From NCBI GenBank assembly GCA_030695025.1, contig JAUYTX010000009.1:28081-92080 (forward strand): a DNA stretch of 64,000 bases, written 5' to 3'. This stretch comes from Bacteroidales bacterium. Lineage in GTDB: Bacteria > Bacteroidota > Bacteroidia > Bacteroidales > UBA932. Numbering within the stretch: the stretch's first letter is position 1; each line of letters opens with the position of its first letter. Position numbers and translations under genes: made by a program. The notes under the pieces were generated by a model, which saw nothing but the letters and a program-made list of their open reading frames with translations, did no database searches and was not told the DNA's origin. Positions 1 through 9,568 of the stretch are shown in pieces.

Positions 1-318
1 CAATACAATGTTGTAGTTAAGAGCACTTTGCCCGGCAGATCAGGTGAGTCTGCTTCTGAACAGATGATTTCTATCAGAGGGAGGGCTTCCGGTTTTTATA
101 TACTGCAGCAGAGATACGGCAGAAAGAGTAAAACTCTTTATATTACACCCGAAAACAGATTTTTTCGAAGAATTCCTGGAGATAACGATAAGTTCTATAT
201 TCTCTCAAACGATGTCAGAGCAATGATAATTGAAAGTCTTGGTGATAAGGTTCTCCTTGAATACATCAATTCCGACACTATAACTCTGGAAATTCCAAAA
301 CATACACATCAGCAATAA
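1..318 (+). CDS. 5'-truncated hypothetical protein, possibly the C-terminus of a YbbR-like domain protein
   Basis: Frame 1 is open from base 1 to TAA at 316-318. It sits directly upstream of coaE, where Bacteroidota often carry a YbbR-like gene (recalled synteny only). Confidence 0.45.
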   Translation, partial: QYNVVVKSTLPGRSGESASEQMISIRGRASGFYILQQRYGRKSKTLYITPENRFFRRIPGDNDKFYILSNDVRAMIIESLGDKVLLEYINSDTITLEIPKHTHQQ

Positions 319-328
319 AACTATTCTA

Positions 329-925
329 ATGATCTGCTTAGTCTGCACAGGAGGTATTGGCAGTGGAAAATCATATGCCATCAAAGTTTTTAAGGCTTTG
401 GGGGTACCATCATATATTGCTGATCAGAGGGCTAAGGAGCTATACGAAACTGACAGTGTTTTGCTGGATGAACTGGTCAGTTGGTTAGGCAAAGGTATCA
501 TCAGAGAGGGACGTTTGGATAAAAGGGAGATGGCTCTGAGAATATTCCCAAATCCAAATCTTTTAAAAAAGGTTAATGAGATTGTACATCCCAGGGTATT
601 ATCGGATTTTCTAATTTGGAGGGAGAGCCAAAAATCTATGGGTGAAGAGGTTGTTGTATTCGAAAGTGCTATCTTTTTCGAAACACCAATTTTTCACGGG
701 ATTGAAGATAAGGTAATTGTGGTAACAGCCCCTGAAGATGTAAGAATTAAGCGCGTAATGAAGAGAGACGGTATTACCGAAGATGAGGTAAGAGAAAGAA
801 TGAGCCGACAATGTTCAGATGAGGAGAGACTAAAAGAGGCCGATTTTGTAATTTATACAGACGGTATAAAAGCAGTTTTACCGCAAATTTCAGAGATTTT
901 AAAGAGTGTAAAAGAAAAAGTTTAA
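329..925 (+). CDS. coaE: dephospho-CoA kinase
   Basis: N-terminal P-loop [28 protein letters not shown] and RVMKRDG motifs; 198 aa. Confidence 0.95.
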   Translation: MICLVCTGGIGSGKSYAIKVFKALGVPSYIADQRAKELYETDSVLLDELVSWLGKGIIREGRLDKREMALRIFPNPNLLKKVNEIVHPRVLSDFLIWRESQKSMGEEVVVFESAIFFETPIFHGIEDKVIVVTAPEDVRIKRVMKRDGITEDEVRERMSRQCSDEERLKEADFVIYTDGIKAVLPQISEILKSVKEKV

Positions 926-930
926 TAATT

Positions 931-1641
931 ATGGGTTTCAGCAAGTGGATTAGTGGGGCAATAGGCTGGGCCGTAGCAGGGCCAATCGGTGGGATTTTGG
1001 GTTTTGCTATGGCGTCAATTTTAGAGAACGGTAAATTTATTTCCGGAAATGGAAATGAACAGCGAAATAGTTTTCTAGTAAGTCTGCTGGTTTTGTCATC
1101 TGCCGTAATGAAGGCTGACGGAAAGGTTTTAAAATCGGAACTAGAGTACGTTAAAGCCTTTTTGATTACTAATTTTGGAGCTGATGCAGCTACTGAGGCG
1201 CTCTTATATCTTAAGGAATTATTAGTCAAAGAGATTGACATCACAGCAGTGGGTTCCCAAATCGGGATGAACATGGAGTATGAAGCCAGAATCCAGTTAC
1301 TGCATTATCTCACAGGCATTGCAAAAGCAGATGGAAGGGTGAGTGACAATGAGCTCGGAGTCCTCAGGCAAATATCCATAGCAATGGGAATTTCTCAAAG
1401 AGAGAGTGAAGCGGTATTTGCAATGTTTAAAGTGGACCAAGATGCACTTTACAGAGTTCTGGAGGTTGACAGAAACGCTTCAGACGAAGAGATTAAAAGA
1501 GCTTACAGGAAACTTGCTGTAAAACACCACCCTGACAAAGTTTCAAATCTTGGTCCAGACGTACAGAGGGCAGCCGAGGAGCGCTTTAAAAGCATTTCTC
1601 TTGCCTATGAAACAATTAAGAGAGAGAGAGGAATTGTTTAA
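931..1641 (+). CDS. djlA: DjlA-like co-chaperone (TerB-like domain plus C-terminal J domain)
   Basis: N-terminal [13 protein letters not shown] membrane anchor; AVMKADG and IAKADG TerB-like repeats; C-terminal J domain with HPD (KHHPDKV). Confidence 0.85.
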   Translation: MGFSKWISGAIGWAVAGPIGGILGFAMASILENGKFISGNGNEQRNSFLVSLLVLSSAVMKADGKVLKSELEYVKAFLITNFGADAATEALLYLKELLVKEIDITAVGSQIGMNMEYEARIQLLHYLTGIAKADGRVSDNELGVLRQISIAMGISQRESEAVFAMFKVDQDALYRVLEVDRNASDEEIKRAYRKLAVKHHPDKVSNLGPDVQRAAEERFKSISLAYETIKRERGIV

Positions 1642-1666
1642 TAAATTAATAAATAATCAATTATAG

Positions 1667-2095
1667 ATGGAGAAGACAAATTTACAGAAGATTCTGGCAG
1701 TATCGGGCCAACCCGGACTATTTCATTTTGTTGCACAGGCTAATGCGGGAGTTATTGCAGAATCGCTATCATCAAAGACAAGAAACATGTTTGGGATGAG
1801 TGCCAAGCTGACTTCGTTATCGGATATTTCTATTTACACAGAATCTGAGGAGGTAACCCTTGTCTCTGTTTTTGAGAAGATGAAAGAGTCTCTGGGAGAG
1901 GAATACGCACCTGAGGCAAAGTCAAAACCAGATGAGTTAAAGGCATTTTTTGAAAAAGTTCTGCCTGATTATGACAGAGAAAGATTCTATGTTTCTCATA
2001 TGAAAAAGGTGGTAGATTGGTATAACCTCCTTAAAAAGTATGCTTCACTTGATTTTGAAAAGCCAGAGAAAAAGGATAGTACAACTGAAGAGTAA
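1667..2095 (+). CDS. conserved Bacteroidota protein (DUF5606-like)
   Basis: ILAVSGQPGLF, LSDISIYT and LPDYDRERFYVSHMKKVVDWYN motifs recalled for this family; TAATG overlap with rimO. Confidence 0.75.
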   Translation: MEKTNLQKILAVSGQPGLFHFVAQANAGVIAESLSSKTRNMFGMSAKLTSLSDISIYTESEEVTLVSVFEKMKESLGEEYAPEAKSKPDELKAFFEKVLPDYDRERFYVSHMKKVVDWYNLLKKYASLDFEKPEKKDSTTEE

Positions 2096-3423
2096 TGGCT
2101 GTTAAAGTACAACTTATCACACTTGGTTGCTCAAAAAACAGGGTTGATTCAGAGCATCTGTTGCGCCAAATTTATTCAGGTGGAGTCTCCATTTTACCAG
2201 AAGGAGAGGACTTGTCTGTAGCCGGCGCCGATACTGTAATAATTAACACCTGCGGTTTTATCAAAGATGCCAAGGAGGAGTCTGTTGAAACTATTTTAAA
2301 TGCTTGTGAGGCCAAAAGCAGAGGATATATTCAAAAAATATTTGTATTCGGTTGTCTTTCACAAAGATACAGAGAGGAGCTCAAAGAACAAATCCCCGAA
2401 GTTGATGGTTTTTTTGGTGCTTTTGATTCCAGATCGGTAATCTCTGCATTGGGTCACACCTGGAACGAGGAGCTAAATAACCGACGATACCTTACGACGC
2501 CATCACATTATGCATATCTGAAAATATCTGAAGGGTGCGACAGGATTTGCTCTTACTGTTCAATTCCACTTATTAGGGGGCCACACATATCAGTGCCGGA
2601 AATTGATCTGATTGACGAGGCTAAACACCTGGCAGAAATGGGAGTTAAGGAGCTTATAGTGGTAGCTCAGGACACAACGTACTACGGGATAGATCTTTAT
2701 AAAGAACGAAAACTTGCATCATTACTGGAAAATCTTTCTAAAATACAAGGCATTGAGTGGATAAGATTACTCTATTCATACCCGGCCGCCTTTCCGGAGA
2801 GAGTTTTAGATGTAATGGCTTCAAATCCAAAAATATGCAAATATCTTGACATCCCGTTACAGCATATTAATGACAAGGTCCTCTCTAACATGAGAAGAAA
2901 TATAAACGGTGATGCAACCAGACGTCTTGTCGAAAATTTCAGGGAAAAAGTACCTGGAATTGTGCTGAGAACCACAATGATTATTGGTCACCCCGGTGAG
3001 ACAAAGTCCGCTTTCAAAGAGCTTCTGCAATTTGTCTCCGAGGCTAAGTTTGAACGACTTGGAGCATTTACATATTCAGAGGAGGAGGGAACATGGGGTG
3101 CTAACAATCTTAAGGATACCGTCAGAGAGAAGGAAAAACAGGAGAGATACCTGCAGCTAATGGAATTACAATCAGAGATTTCTTTAGATTACAATTTGTC
3201 AAGAAAAGGTCAGAACGAGTTGGTACTGATTGACAATTTTAACGATGGTGTGTTTGTCGGAAGAAGCAAAAATGAGAGTCCTGAGGTTGACGGAGAGATT
3301 TTGATTGCCCCTGACAGATTCCATTCGGAGGCAAATTCTAAAGAAATAATTGGTACATTTGCTCATGTAACCATCGAAAATGCAGATGAGTATGACTTGA
3401 TGGCAAAATTTTTAAAACTTTAA
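2095..3423 (+). CDS. rimO: ribosomal protein S12 methylthiotransferase RimO
   Basis: TLGCSKNRVDSE, INTCGFI, radical SAM EGCDRICSYCSIP, and a C-terminal TRAM region with SPEVDG. Confidence 0.95.
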   Translation: MAVKVQLITLGCSKNRVDSEHLLRQIYSGGVSILPEGEDLSVAGADTVIINTCGFIKDAKEESVETILNACEAKSRGYIQKIFVFGCLSQRYREELKEQIPEVDGFFGAFDSRSVISALGHTWNEELNNRRYLTTPSHYAYLKISEGCDRICSYCSIPLIRGPHISVPEIDLIDEAKHLAEMGVKELIVVAQDTTYYGIDLYKERKLASLLENLSKIQGIEWIRLLYSYPAAFPERVLDVMASNPKICKYLDIPLQHINDKVLSNMRRNINGDATRRLVENFREKVPGIVLRTTMIIGHPGETKSAFKELLQFVSEAKFERLGAFTYSEEEGTWGANNLKDTVREKEKQERYLQLMELQSEISLDYNLSRKGQNELVLIDNFNDGVFVGRSKNESPEVDGEILIAPDRFHSEANSKEIIGTFAHVTIENADEYDLMAKFLKL

Positions 3424-3444
3424 TTTTACTATAAACCTAAGAAA

Positions 3445-4191
3445 ATGAAACTATTAGAAGGAAAAGTAGCTATAGTTACCGGTGCGGCCAGAGGAATTGG
3501 CAAGGCAATTGCAGTAAAATATGCATCGGAAGGTGCCAATATAGCTTTCACCGATCTTGTTATAGATGAGAATGCTATGGCCACCAAAAAAGAGCTGGAA
3601 GGATACGGAGTAAAAGTTCTTGCAATATCATCAAATGCTGCCTCTTTCGAAGAGGCTCATAAAGTTGTTGAGGATGTTGTTAAGGAGTTTGGGAGAGTTG
3701 ACATACTGGTAAATAATGCCGGGATAACCAAAGACGGGCTCATGATGAGAATGTCTGAACAGCAGTGGGATATGGTTATCAACGTAAACCTTAAAAGTGC
3801 ATTTAACTATGTTCACGCAGTAACGCCCGTTATGATGAAGCAAAAAAGCGGTTCTATAATAAATATGAGTTCTGTAGTGGGAGTAGGAGGGAATGCAGGT
3901 CAGTCGAATTATTCTGCATCAAAAGCCGGAATGATTGGTTTGGCAAAATCTATTGCTCAGGAGCTGGGTTCAAGAGGTGTTCGAGCAAATGCTGTTGCAC
4001 CCGGATTCATAATTACCGAGATGACAGATAAGTTGCCGGAAGAGGTGAAAAAATTATGGGCAGAGCAAATTCCTCTCAGAAGAGGCGGTACCCCTGAAGA
4101 TGTAGCAAATGTGTGTCTGTTTTTGGCTTCCGATATGTCAGGTTATGTTACCGGACAGGTTATTTCGGTTTGCGGTGGAATGAAAATGTAA
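3445..4191 (+). CDS. fabG: 3-oxoacyl-[ACP] reductase
   Basis: SDR motifs TGAARGIG, NNAGITKD, YSASKAG and NAVAPGFI. Confidence 0.93.
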   Translation: MKLLEGKVAIVTGAARGIGKAIAVKYASEGANIAFTDLVIDENAMATKKELEGYGVKVLAISSNAASFEEAHKVVEDVVKEFGRVDILVNNAGITKDGLMMRMSEQQWDMVINVNLKSAFNYVHAVTPVMMKQKSGSIINMSSVVGVGGNAGQSNYSASKAGMIGLAKSIAQELGSRGVRANAVAPGFIITEMTDKLPEEVKKLWAEQIPLRRGGTPEDVANVCLFLASDMSGYVTGQVISVCGGMKM

Positions 4192-4201
4192 TTTTTAAAA
4201 T

Positions 4202-5059
4202 ATGAAAAAATTCTTGTCAGTAATTTGTGCGGGGTTGCTATTGCTCTCCTGCAACACTTCCAACAATACAGAAAAATTATCAAAAGATGGTTTTAAAGTA
4301 ATGATTCAGACCGATTTTGAGGGTGTAACAGGGGTTGTAAATTTTGACGAAATTTACCCCGGCCACATACATTTTGACAGGAATTGCGATATACTTACCA
4401 GGGAGATTAATGCCGCAGTAGAGGGTGCCTTTGCTGCCGGTGCCTCTGAGGTAATTGTACGAGATGGTCATGCCGGAAACATAAACGTTAACCCGGTATT
4501 ACTTGACAAAAGAGCAAAGCTCACAAGGGGAAGACTTCCCGGGACGCCTCACACAATGGTTCTCGGGATTGACTCCACTTTTGATGCACTATTGTTTATC
4601 GGAGCCCACGCAAGGGCTGGTGTAGAGAATGGTACTCTGTCACATACTATGTCACTTAAGGTGCTGGATTTCTCCATAAATGACAAACCTCTTTTCGAAG
4701 CTGCGTATAATGCCCTTTATGCCGGTCAGTTTGGTGTGCCTGCTGTCTTTTTGGCCGGTGATGATGCAGCCTGCCGTGAGGCAATTGAGAATTTTGGAGA
4801 TATAGAAACAGTTACAACAAAATACTCTTTCGGAAGAACCTGTGCAACAAGCAAATCACCTGAGATTGTGTATGCAGAAATCAGAACAGGTGTTGAAAGA
4901 TCATTAAAAAACCTGAACAAGGCAAAGGTCTTTACCATGGAAAAGCCATACCGTATGGAGGTTAAAGTAAAGGGAGAGGAGCCGGGGAGCATTGAGACAT
5001 ATTCTTACACATCAGACACCCTTGAAGTTGTTATGAAGAAATTTTGGGAAAAAATTTAA
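4202..5059 (+). CDS. M55 family (DppA-like) D-aminopeptidase, lipoprotein
   Basis: TDFEGVTGV, INAAVEGA, VRDGH, GAHARAG, LSHT and GDD motifs of M55; lipoprotein signal LLLLSC. Confidence 0.82.
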   Translation: MKKFLSVICAGLLLLSCNTSNNTEKLSKDGFKVMIQTDFEGVTGVVNFDEIYPGHIHFDRNCDILTREINAAVEGAFAAGASEVIVRDGHAGNINVNPVLLDKRAKLTRGRLPGTPHTMVLGIDSTFDALLFIGAHARAGVENGTLSHTMSLKVLDFSINDKPLFEAAYNALYAGQFGVPAVFLAGDDAACREAIENFGDIETVTTKYSFGRTCATSKSPEIVYAEIRTGVERSLKNLNKAKVFTMEKPYRMEVKVKGEEPGSIETYSYTSDTLEVVMKKFWEKI

Positions 5060-5062
5060 TAT

Positions 5063-6031
5063 ATGAAAAGAGCATTATTAAAGTTTGTTATACTTGTACC
5101 GGTGCTTACATATCTTTTATGTGCCTGTGCACCTGTTACGGAAATTATCAACGTAGAGGCCAGAATTCCTGCTGAGTATCCGATTGATTTTAATGAAAAA
5201 TCGGTGGCAGTATTCTTTTCGGTAACTGATGAGATGCCTGACGAATCGTTTCTCTATAAAAATGACTCTATTCTTATGCAACAACTGGCGACAGGAATAG
5301 CCTCTACAATAGAGAAGAATCTTTTACTGGACGAAGGAGGTGTGTTTGTTTTTAAACACTTTCCTGATGCTAACACAGTTTATGACATGTCATATATTCA
5401 TGAGTTATCTTTTAACTCAAATTCTGACATTATAATAATAGTAGATTCTGTCGAAGTAGGCCATATAGGTCTGCTAGATGGAGTTAAACACAATTTTACG
5501 ACCAACTATATTTCAAGATATATTTTCGCACCTTTCCGCTCATCCATAAAGGTGTACGACGGAATTACCGCTAAGAGTCTTGCATATATTAACCAAAGTG
5601 ATACTGTTTTCTGGGAGATACTCTCAAAAAATGATCTGCGTCCGGAGGTTATGGCTGTAAGAGCCAGACAATCAATGCCAAACGTTTCCCGCTCAATTGG
5701 AGAAGAGGTTGTTAAAGCTCTCTTTCCGACATGGCAGGCACAGAAGCGAACACTTTACTTATATCCTACTCAGGCTTGGATAAATGCTGCCAATTATGCC
5801 AAAGAGTTTAAATGGAAAGAGGCAATGGATTTTTGGTTGAAACAGTCTAAAGACAAAGACCCTGTAAAGGCTGCGGTAGCAGCGTACAACATTGCCATAG
5901 CATGTGAACTGACGGACAGACATGAATTGGCTCTTGAATGGGCCGAATTCTCCCTTAAAAGATACGTCCTTCCTGGCGTCTCAGATTATAAACAGCTATT
6001 GACAGAAAAGCTTGAAAAAAGCACCAGATAA
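5063..6031 (+). CDS. lipoprotein with C-terminal TPR-like helices (DUF6340-like)
   Basis: Lipobox-like LCAC; C-terminal WKEAMDFW and AAYNIAIACEL repeats. The family name is from recall. Confidence 0.55.
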   Translation: MKRALLKFVILVPVLTYLLCACAPVTEIINVEARIPAEYPIDFNEKSVAVFFSVTDEMPDESFLYKNDSILMQQLATGIASTIEKNLLLDEGGVFVFKHFPDANTVYDMSYIHELSFNSNSDIIIIVDSVEVGHIGLLDGVKHNFTTNYISRYIFAPFRSSIKVYDGITAKSLAYINQSDTVFWEILSKNDLRPEVMAVRARQSMPNVSRSIGEEVVKALFPTWQAQKRTLYLYPTQAWINAANYAKEFKWKEAMDFWLKQSKDKDPVKAAVAAYNIAIACELTDRHELALEWAEFSLKRYVLPGVSDYKQLLTEKLEKSTR

Positions 6032-6209
6032 AAAAGAGGCAGCTAAACGAAAGCATCGCAGGACAGTTCTTTTTAATGATAAGGAACTTGCTGCGCTGGA
6101 GCTTTATTGTAGTAAATACAAGGTTAAGTCCAAAACAAAATTCTGCAGAGAGGCTATTATCTCAACAATTCTTAAACAGTTTGACGAAGATCATCCTAAA
6201 CTGTTCTGA
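6012..6209 (+). CDS. small basic hypothetical protein, ribbon-helix-helix-like
   Basis: 65 aa, TTG start overlapping the upstream gene. RTVLFNDKELAALELYC...KTKFCREAII...EDHPKLF resembles a small conserved Bacteroidales protein found beside rnpB. Confidence 0.65.
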   Translation: MKKAPDKKEAAKRKHRRTVLFNDKELAALELYCSKYKVKSKTKFCREAIISTILKQFDEDHPKLF

Positions 6210-6235
6210 AAAACAAATCATATTTAATAAAAAAA

Positions 6236-6548
6236 GGCGGGCCTGTAAGCCGGATTCTGTACTCTTACGAGCCTCTGTCATCTATCTGATGCAGCCTACC
6301 CCCCGGCAACAGACGAGCAGTCCTATACGCCGGTATACATGGCCTTGCAGGAGGCTGTCCGTACCCCGTCATTGTCGCCAATAACGGTCGTGGGCTCTTA
6401 CCCCGCGTTTTCACCCTTACCCGAAGGCGGTTTTTTTCTGTTACGGATTACCCGAAGTTTCCCCCGACTGTGCTTTCCACAGAGCCTTGCTCTATCCTGT
6501 CCGGACTTTCCTCCCCCGAAAAACGAAGGCGACAGAGCGGCCCACCGG
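6236..6548 (-). ncRNA. rnpB: RNase P RNA, type A, compact
   Basis: The minus strand has the universal GAGGAAAGTCC and ACAGAATCCGGCTTAC motifs plus GGGTGAAA...GGTAAGAGCCCAC. A TAACTTTG -7 element lies at 6552-6559 (minus strand) and a T-tract follows the 3' end. Confidence 0.96.
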
Positions 6549-6589
6549 GTGCAAAGTTAGAAAAAATGGGGTCAAAAGATAATATTTTA

Positions 6590-6597
6590 TATATTTG
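6590..6597 (+). promoter_or_regulatory. Bacteroidota sigma-70 -7 element for the TPP riboswitch leader
   Basis: TATATTTG matches TAnnTTTG, about 15 nt upstream of the aptamer. Confidence 0.7.
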
Positions 6598-6611
6598 CGA
6601 TGCATTTAACA

Positions 6612-6685
6612 TGCTTGGGGGTGCCCTTTGGGCTGAGATTATACCCTTTTCACCTGATCAGGATAATGCCTGCGAAGGGAAAGCC
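6612..6685 (+). promoter_or_regulatory. TPP (thiamine pyrophosphate) riboswitch aptamer
   Basis: GGGGTGCC...GGCTGAGATTATACCC...CACCTGATCAGGATAATGCCTGCGAAGGGAAAGC matches the THI-box consensus; it lies upstream of a TonB receptor and a PnuC gene. Confidence 0.95.
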
Positions 6686-6729
6686 GGTCTCTTTTACACA
6701 ACCCTCCTGCATTTAATAAATTATTAATT

Positions 6730-8940
6730 ATGAGAAAATTAACTTTATTAAGCGGGGTTTTTTTATTTACTTTTCTATCCCAGCCTCATCTATTGGGGCA
6801 AAACACGAAAACAGAGGAGACAAAGCTTGACAGTGTAATTGTTGAGGCCTTTAGAGCCGGCAAGAATACACCTGTAAGCTATTCATTTAAAAACAGAGAG
6901 GAGATTTTAAAAAGCTCCCCGGCACACTCTGTTCCAATGATTCTCTCCCTACTTCCATCGGTTGTCTCATCTTCAGAAGGGGGTAACGGCCTTGGTTACT
7001 CTTCGATGAGAATCAGAGGTAGCGAGGGTTCCAGAATTAATGTTACACTTAATGGTATTTCACTTAATGATTCTGAATCACAAGAGGTTTTCTGGGTTAA
7101 TATCCCATCTTTCAGCTCTTTCATCCAGGATATTCAGGTTCAAAGAGGAGTAGGCACATCTACAAACGGGCCGGGTGCATTTGGTGCAAGCATTAACATG
7201 AGATCCATACATCCCTCTTCGGATGCATATGCTGTAGCTGACTTTGGTGCAGGCAGCTATAATACTTTTCTGACATCTATTGGGGCAGGCACAGGCATAT
7301 CTGACAAGGGCTTTTCATTTGATGTCAAATTTTCGCGAAATACAACCGATGGATATATCAGAAATGCCAAGGCTGATGTCAAATCATTGTTTGCATCAGC
7401 AGGTTACCACACCACCAAAAAGTCAATTAAACTAAATTACATTTATGGTGATCAGAAGACAGGAATAACCTGGGAGGGGATTTCAAGAGAACAAATGGCT
7501 CTGGACAGAAGGTATAATCGTGCCGGTGAGTATTATGACGCTGCAGGTAATGCACGCTATTACGATAATGAAACGGATAATTATACACAACACCATATTC
7601 AGCTTGTCTATTCACACAGTTTTAGCGAAAGGCTTCTTTTTTCCGGCACTTTTCATTATACCAAAGGAGATGGTTATTATGAAAATTATAAAACCAACAG
7701 AAAGTTTACTTCTTATGGATTACCCTCGCAAACATTGGGGGCAAATACATACAGCAGATCTGACATTATTATAAGGCAAGCTCTGGATAACAATTTTTAT
7801 GCTTTTAACGGGACATTAAAACACAATCTGGAAAATATAAGTTCAGCAGCAGGAATATCATATTCTTACTATGACGGAGATCACTTTGGCAAGGTTTTGT
7901 GGGCAATGTACAACGGAAACATACCAAATGATTTTACATGGTATATGAACAAGGGCTTCAAAGGTGACCTCTCATCATTTATCCGATCGGAGATAAGTAT
8001 CGGAGATCACATTGTTGCATACGGAGATCTTCAATTCAGAAGGGTTAACTACTCCCTCAGAGGCGATGATAAAGATTTTGTTTCGCTGGAGTGGGATAAA
8101 GTATATAGTTTTTTCAACCCAAAAACAGGGATTACTGTTAATACAGGAGCAGGACAATTTTATGCATCTGTTGCTATAGGTCACAAAGAACCAAGTAGAT
8201 CTGATATTAAAGAGTCAGTTAAGGCACAAAGAGCATCATATTTAAGTCCTGAAAGGCTAACTGATTACGAAATGGGTTACCGTTTGGCACTCAAGAATTT
8301 ATCTCTCTCTGCAAATCTCTATTTTATGGAGTACAGAGACCAGCTTGTCCCTACCGGAAGATTAAGTGAAACAGGTTATGTAATTAAAGAAAATGTAGAC
8401 AAATCCTACAGGAGAGGGTTAGAGATAACAACATCTTGGAGGCCGTTAAGCTTGCTCTCATTTGATGGAAACCTCACATTAAGTAGTAATAAAATACTGG
8501 ATTATACACAGTTTCTTGATCAGTTTGACGGTGATTGGAACTTCATTACTCAAAAACAGGTAACATATTCAAAAACAGATATCTCTTTTTCACCCTCTGC
8601 CACAGGTATGGTTATGGTTACAATACATCCCTTTGCAAAAACAACTTTTTCTCTGAATGGCAAATATGTTGGAAAGCAGTTTTTAGACAATACATCTAAT
8701 GAAAGCAAATCTGTTCCCTCATATTTTCTGACTGGCTTTTCAGCCACAAGAAGCTTTGAGCTTAAGAATAGCAGATATCTTGATTTGTTCTTTTTTGCAG
8801 ATAATTTGCTCAATAAGAGTTACTTTTCCAACGGATGGGTATATAGTGCAGTATTTACAAATGGAGTCCCTTATGTGGAGGAGGGGCTTTACCCTCAGGC
8901 AGGAATTAATTTTACTGTAAAAGCATCTTTAAGATTTTAA
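6730..8940 (+). CDS. TonB-dependent receptor, probably a thiamine importer
   Basis: Signal peptide; plug with RIRGSEGSRINVTLNGISLND and QVQRGVGTSTNGPGAFGASIN; C-terminal F; preceded by a TPP riboswitch. Confidence 0.9.
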   Translation: MRKLTLLSGVFLFTFLSQPHLLGQNTKTEETKLDSVIVEAFRAGKNTPVSYSFKNREEILKSSPAHSVPMILSLLPSVVSSSEGGNGLGYSSMRIRGSEGSRINVTLNGISLNDSESQEVFWVNIPSFSSFIQDIQVQRGVGTSTNGPGAFGASINMRSIHPSSDAYAVADFGAGSYNTFLTSIGAGTGISDKGFSFDVKFSRNTTDGYIRNAKADVKSLFASAGYHTTKKSIKLNYIYGDQKTGITWEGISREQMALDRRYNRAGEYYDAAGNARYYDNETDNYTQHHIQLVYSHSFSERLLFSGTFHYTKGDGYYENYKTNRKFTSYGLPSQTLGANTYSRSDIIIRQALDNNFYAFNGTLKHNLENISSAAGISYSYYDGDHFGKVLWAMYNGNIPNDFTWYMNKGFKGDLSSFIRSEISIGDHIVAYGDLQFRRVNYSLRGDDKDFVSLEWDKVYSFFNPKTGITVNTGAGQFYASVAIGHKEPSRSDIKESVKAQRASYLSPERLTDYEMGYRLALKNLSLSANLYFMEYRDQLVPTGRLSETGYVIKENVDKSYRRGLEITTSWRPLSLLSFDGNLTLSSNKILDYTQFLDQFDGDWNFITQKQVTYSKTDISFSPSATGMVMVTIHPFAKTTFSLNGKYVGKQFLDNTSNESKSVPSYFLTGFSATRSFELKNSRYLDLFFFADNLLNKSYFSNGWVYSAVFTNGVPYVEEGLYPQAGINFTVKASLRF

Positions 8941-8957
8941 TTTGGATAGGTTTTATT

Positions 8958-9527
8958 ATGGATATAACTGAGATTATAGGTGCTGCTGCGGGATTTCTGT
9001 TTGTAATCCTGGAGATTAAACAAAAAAAGGCTATGTGGATTGTAGGCGGGGTTTCGGCTCTTTTCTACATAGCCCTCTTTTTTAATGCATCACTCTATGC
9101 TGCAGCTGCACTTCAGTTTTATTATCTGTGGGCGAGTTTTTATGGTTGGTTTGTCTGGAACAGGCAGAGCAAGGTTGAGGGTGATGATAAACCTATGGTA
9201 GTGGATATGCCTGTTAAAAAGGTGATTATGTCATCTGTGCTTGCTCTTGCAGGATTCTTTGTTGTTTGGTACCTTCTAGCCACGTTCAGTTCCGATCCAA
9301 TGCCGGTAAGCGATGCCTCGATTGCCGCTATAAGTATGTTGGCTACATACTGGGTTGCCAACAGATACATTTATCACTGGCTCTTATGGATAGTCGCCGA
9401 TATTATTGCTGTTTATATGTATTTAAATCAGGGACTCTATGCCACTACTGTTCTTTATATTATATACACGGTTGCCGCAGTTGTAGGTTATATTCACTGG
9501 AGAAAGTTCAGGCGGGTTTTGAATTAG
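8958..9527 (+). CDS. pnuC: PnuC-family vitamin transporter (PnuT-like, thiamine inferred)
   Basis: Hydrophobic; LQFYYLWASFYGWFVW and WLLWIVADIIAVYMY PnuC motifs; shares an operon with the TPP-controlled receptor. Confidence 0.88.
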   Translation: MDITEIIGAAAGFLFVILEIKQKKAMWIVGGVSALFYIALFFNASLYAAAALQFYYLWASFYGWFVWNRQSKVEGDDKPMVVDMPVKKVIMSSVLALAGFFVVWYLLATFSSDPMPVSDASIAAISMLATYWVANRYIYHWLLWIVADIIAVYMYLNQGLYATTVLYIIYTVAAVVGYIHWRKFRRVLN

Positions 9528-9568
9528 TCCCTAAAATTCCTATTTTTGCCCCACTAAATAATTGAAAT

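Noticed and set aside
1619-1630. (AG)6 dinucleotide run at the end of djlA, and a similar run near 22263-22274
   Set aside because: The runs are short, explained by Arg/Glu codons, and too short to argue for phase variation without read-level evidence.
6076-6727. ORF-track entries 6076..6384, 6339..6560 and 6470..6727
   Set aside because: They overlap the antisense strand of RNase P RNA and the TPP riboswitch and have no protein motifs; these are shadow ORFs.
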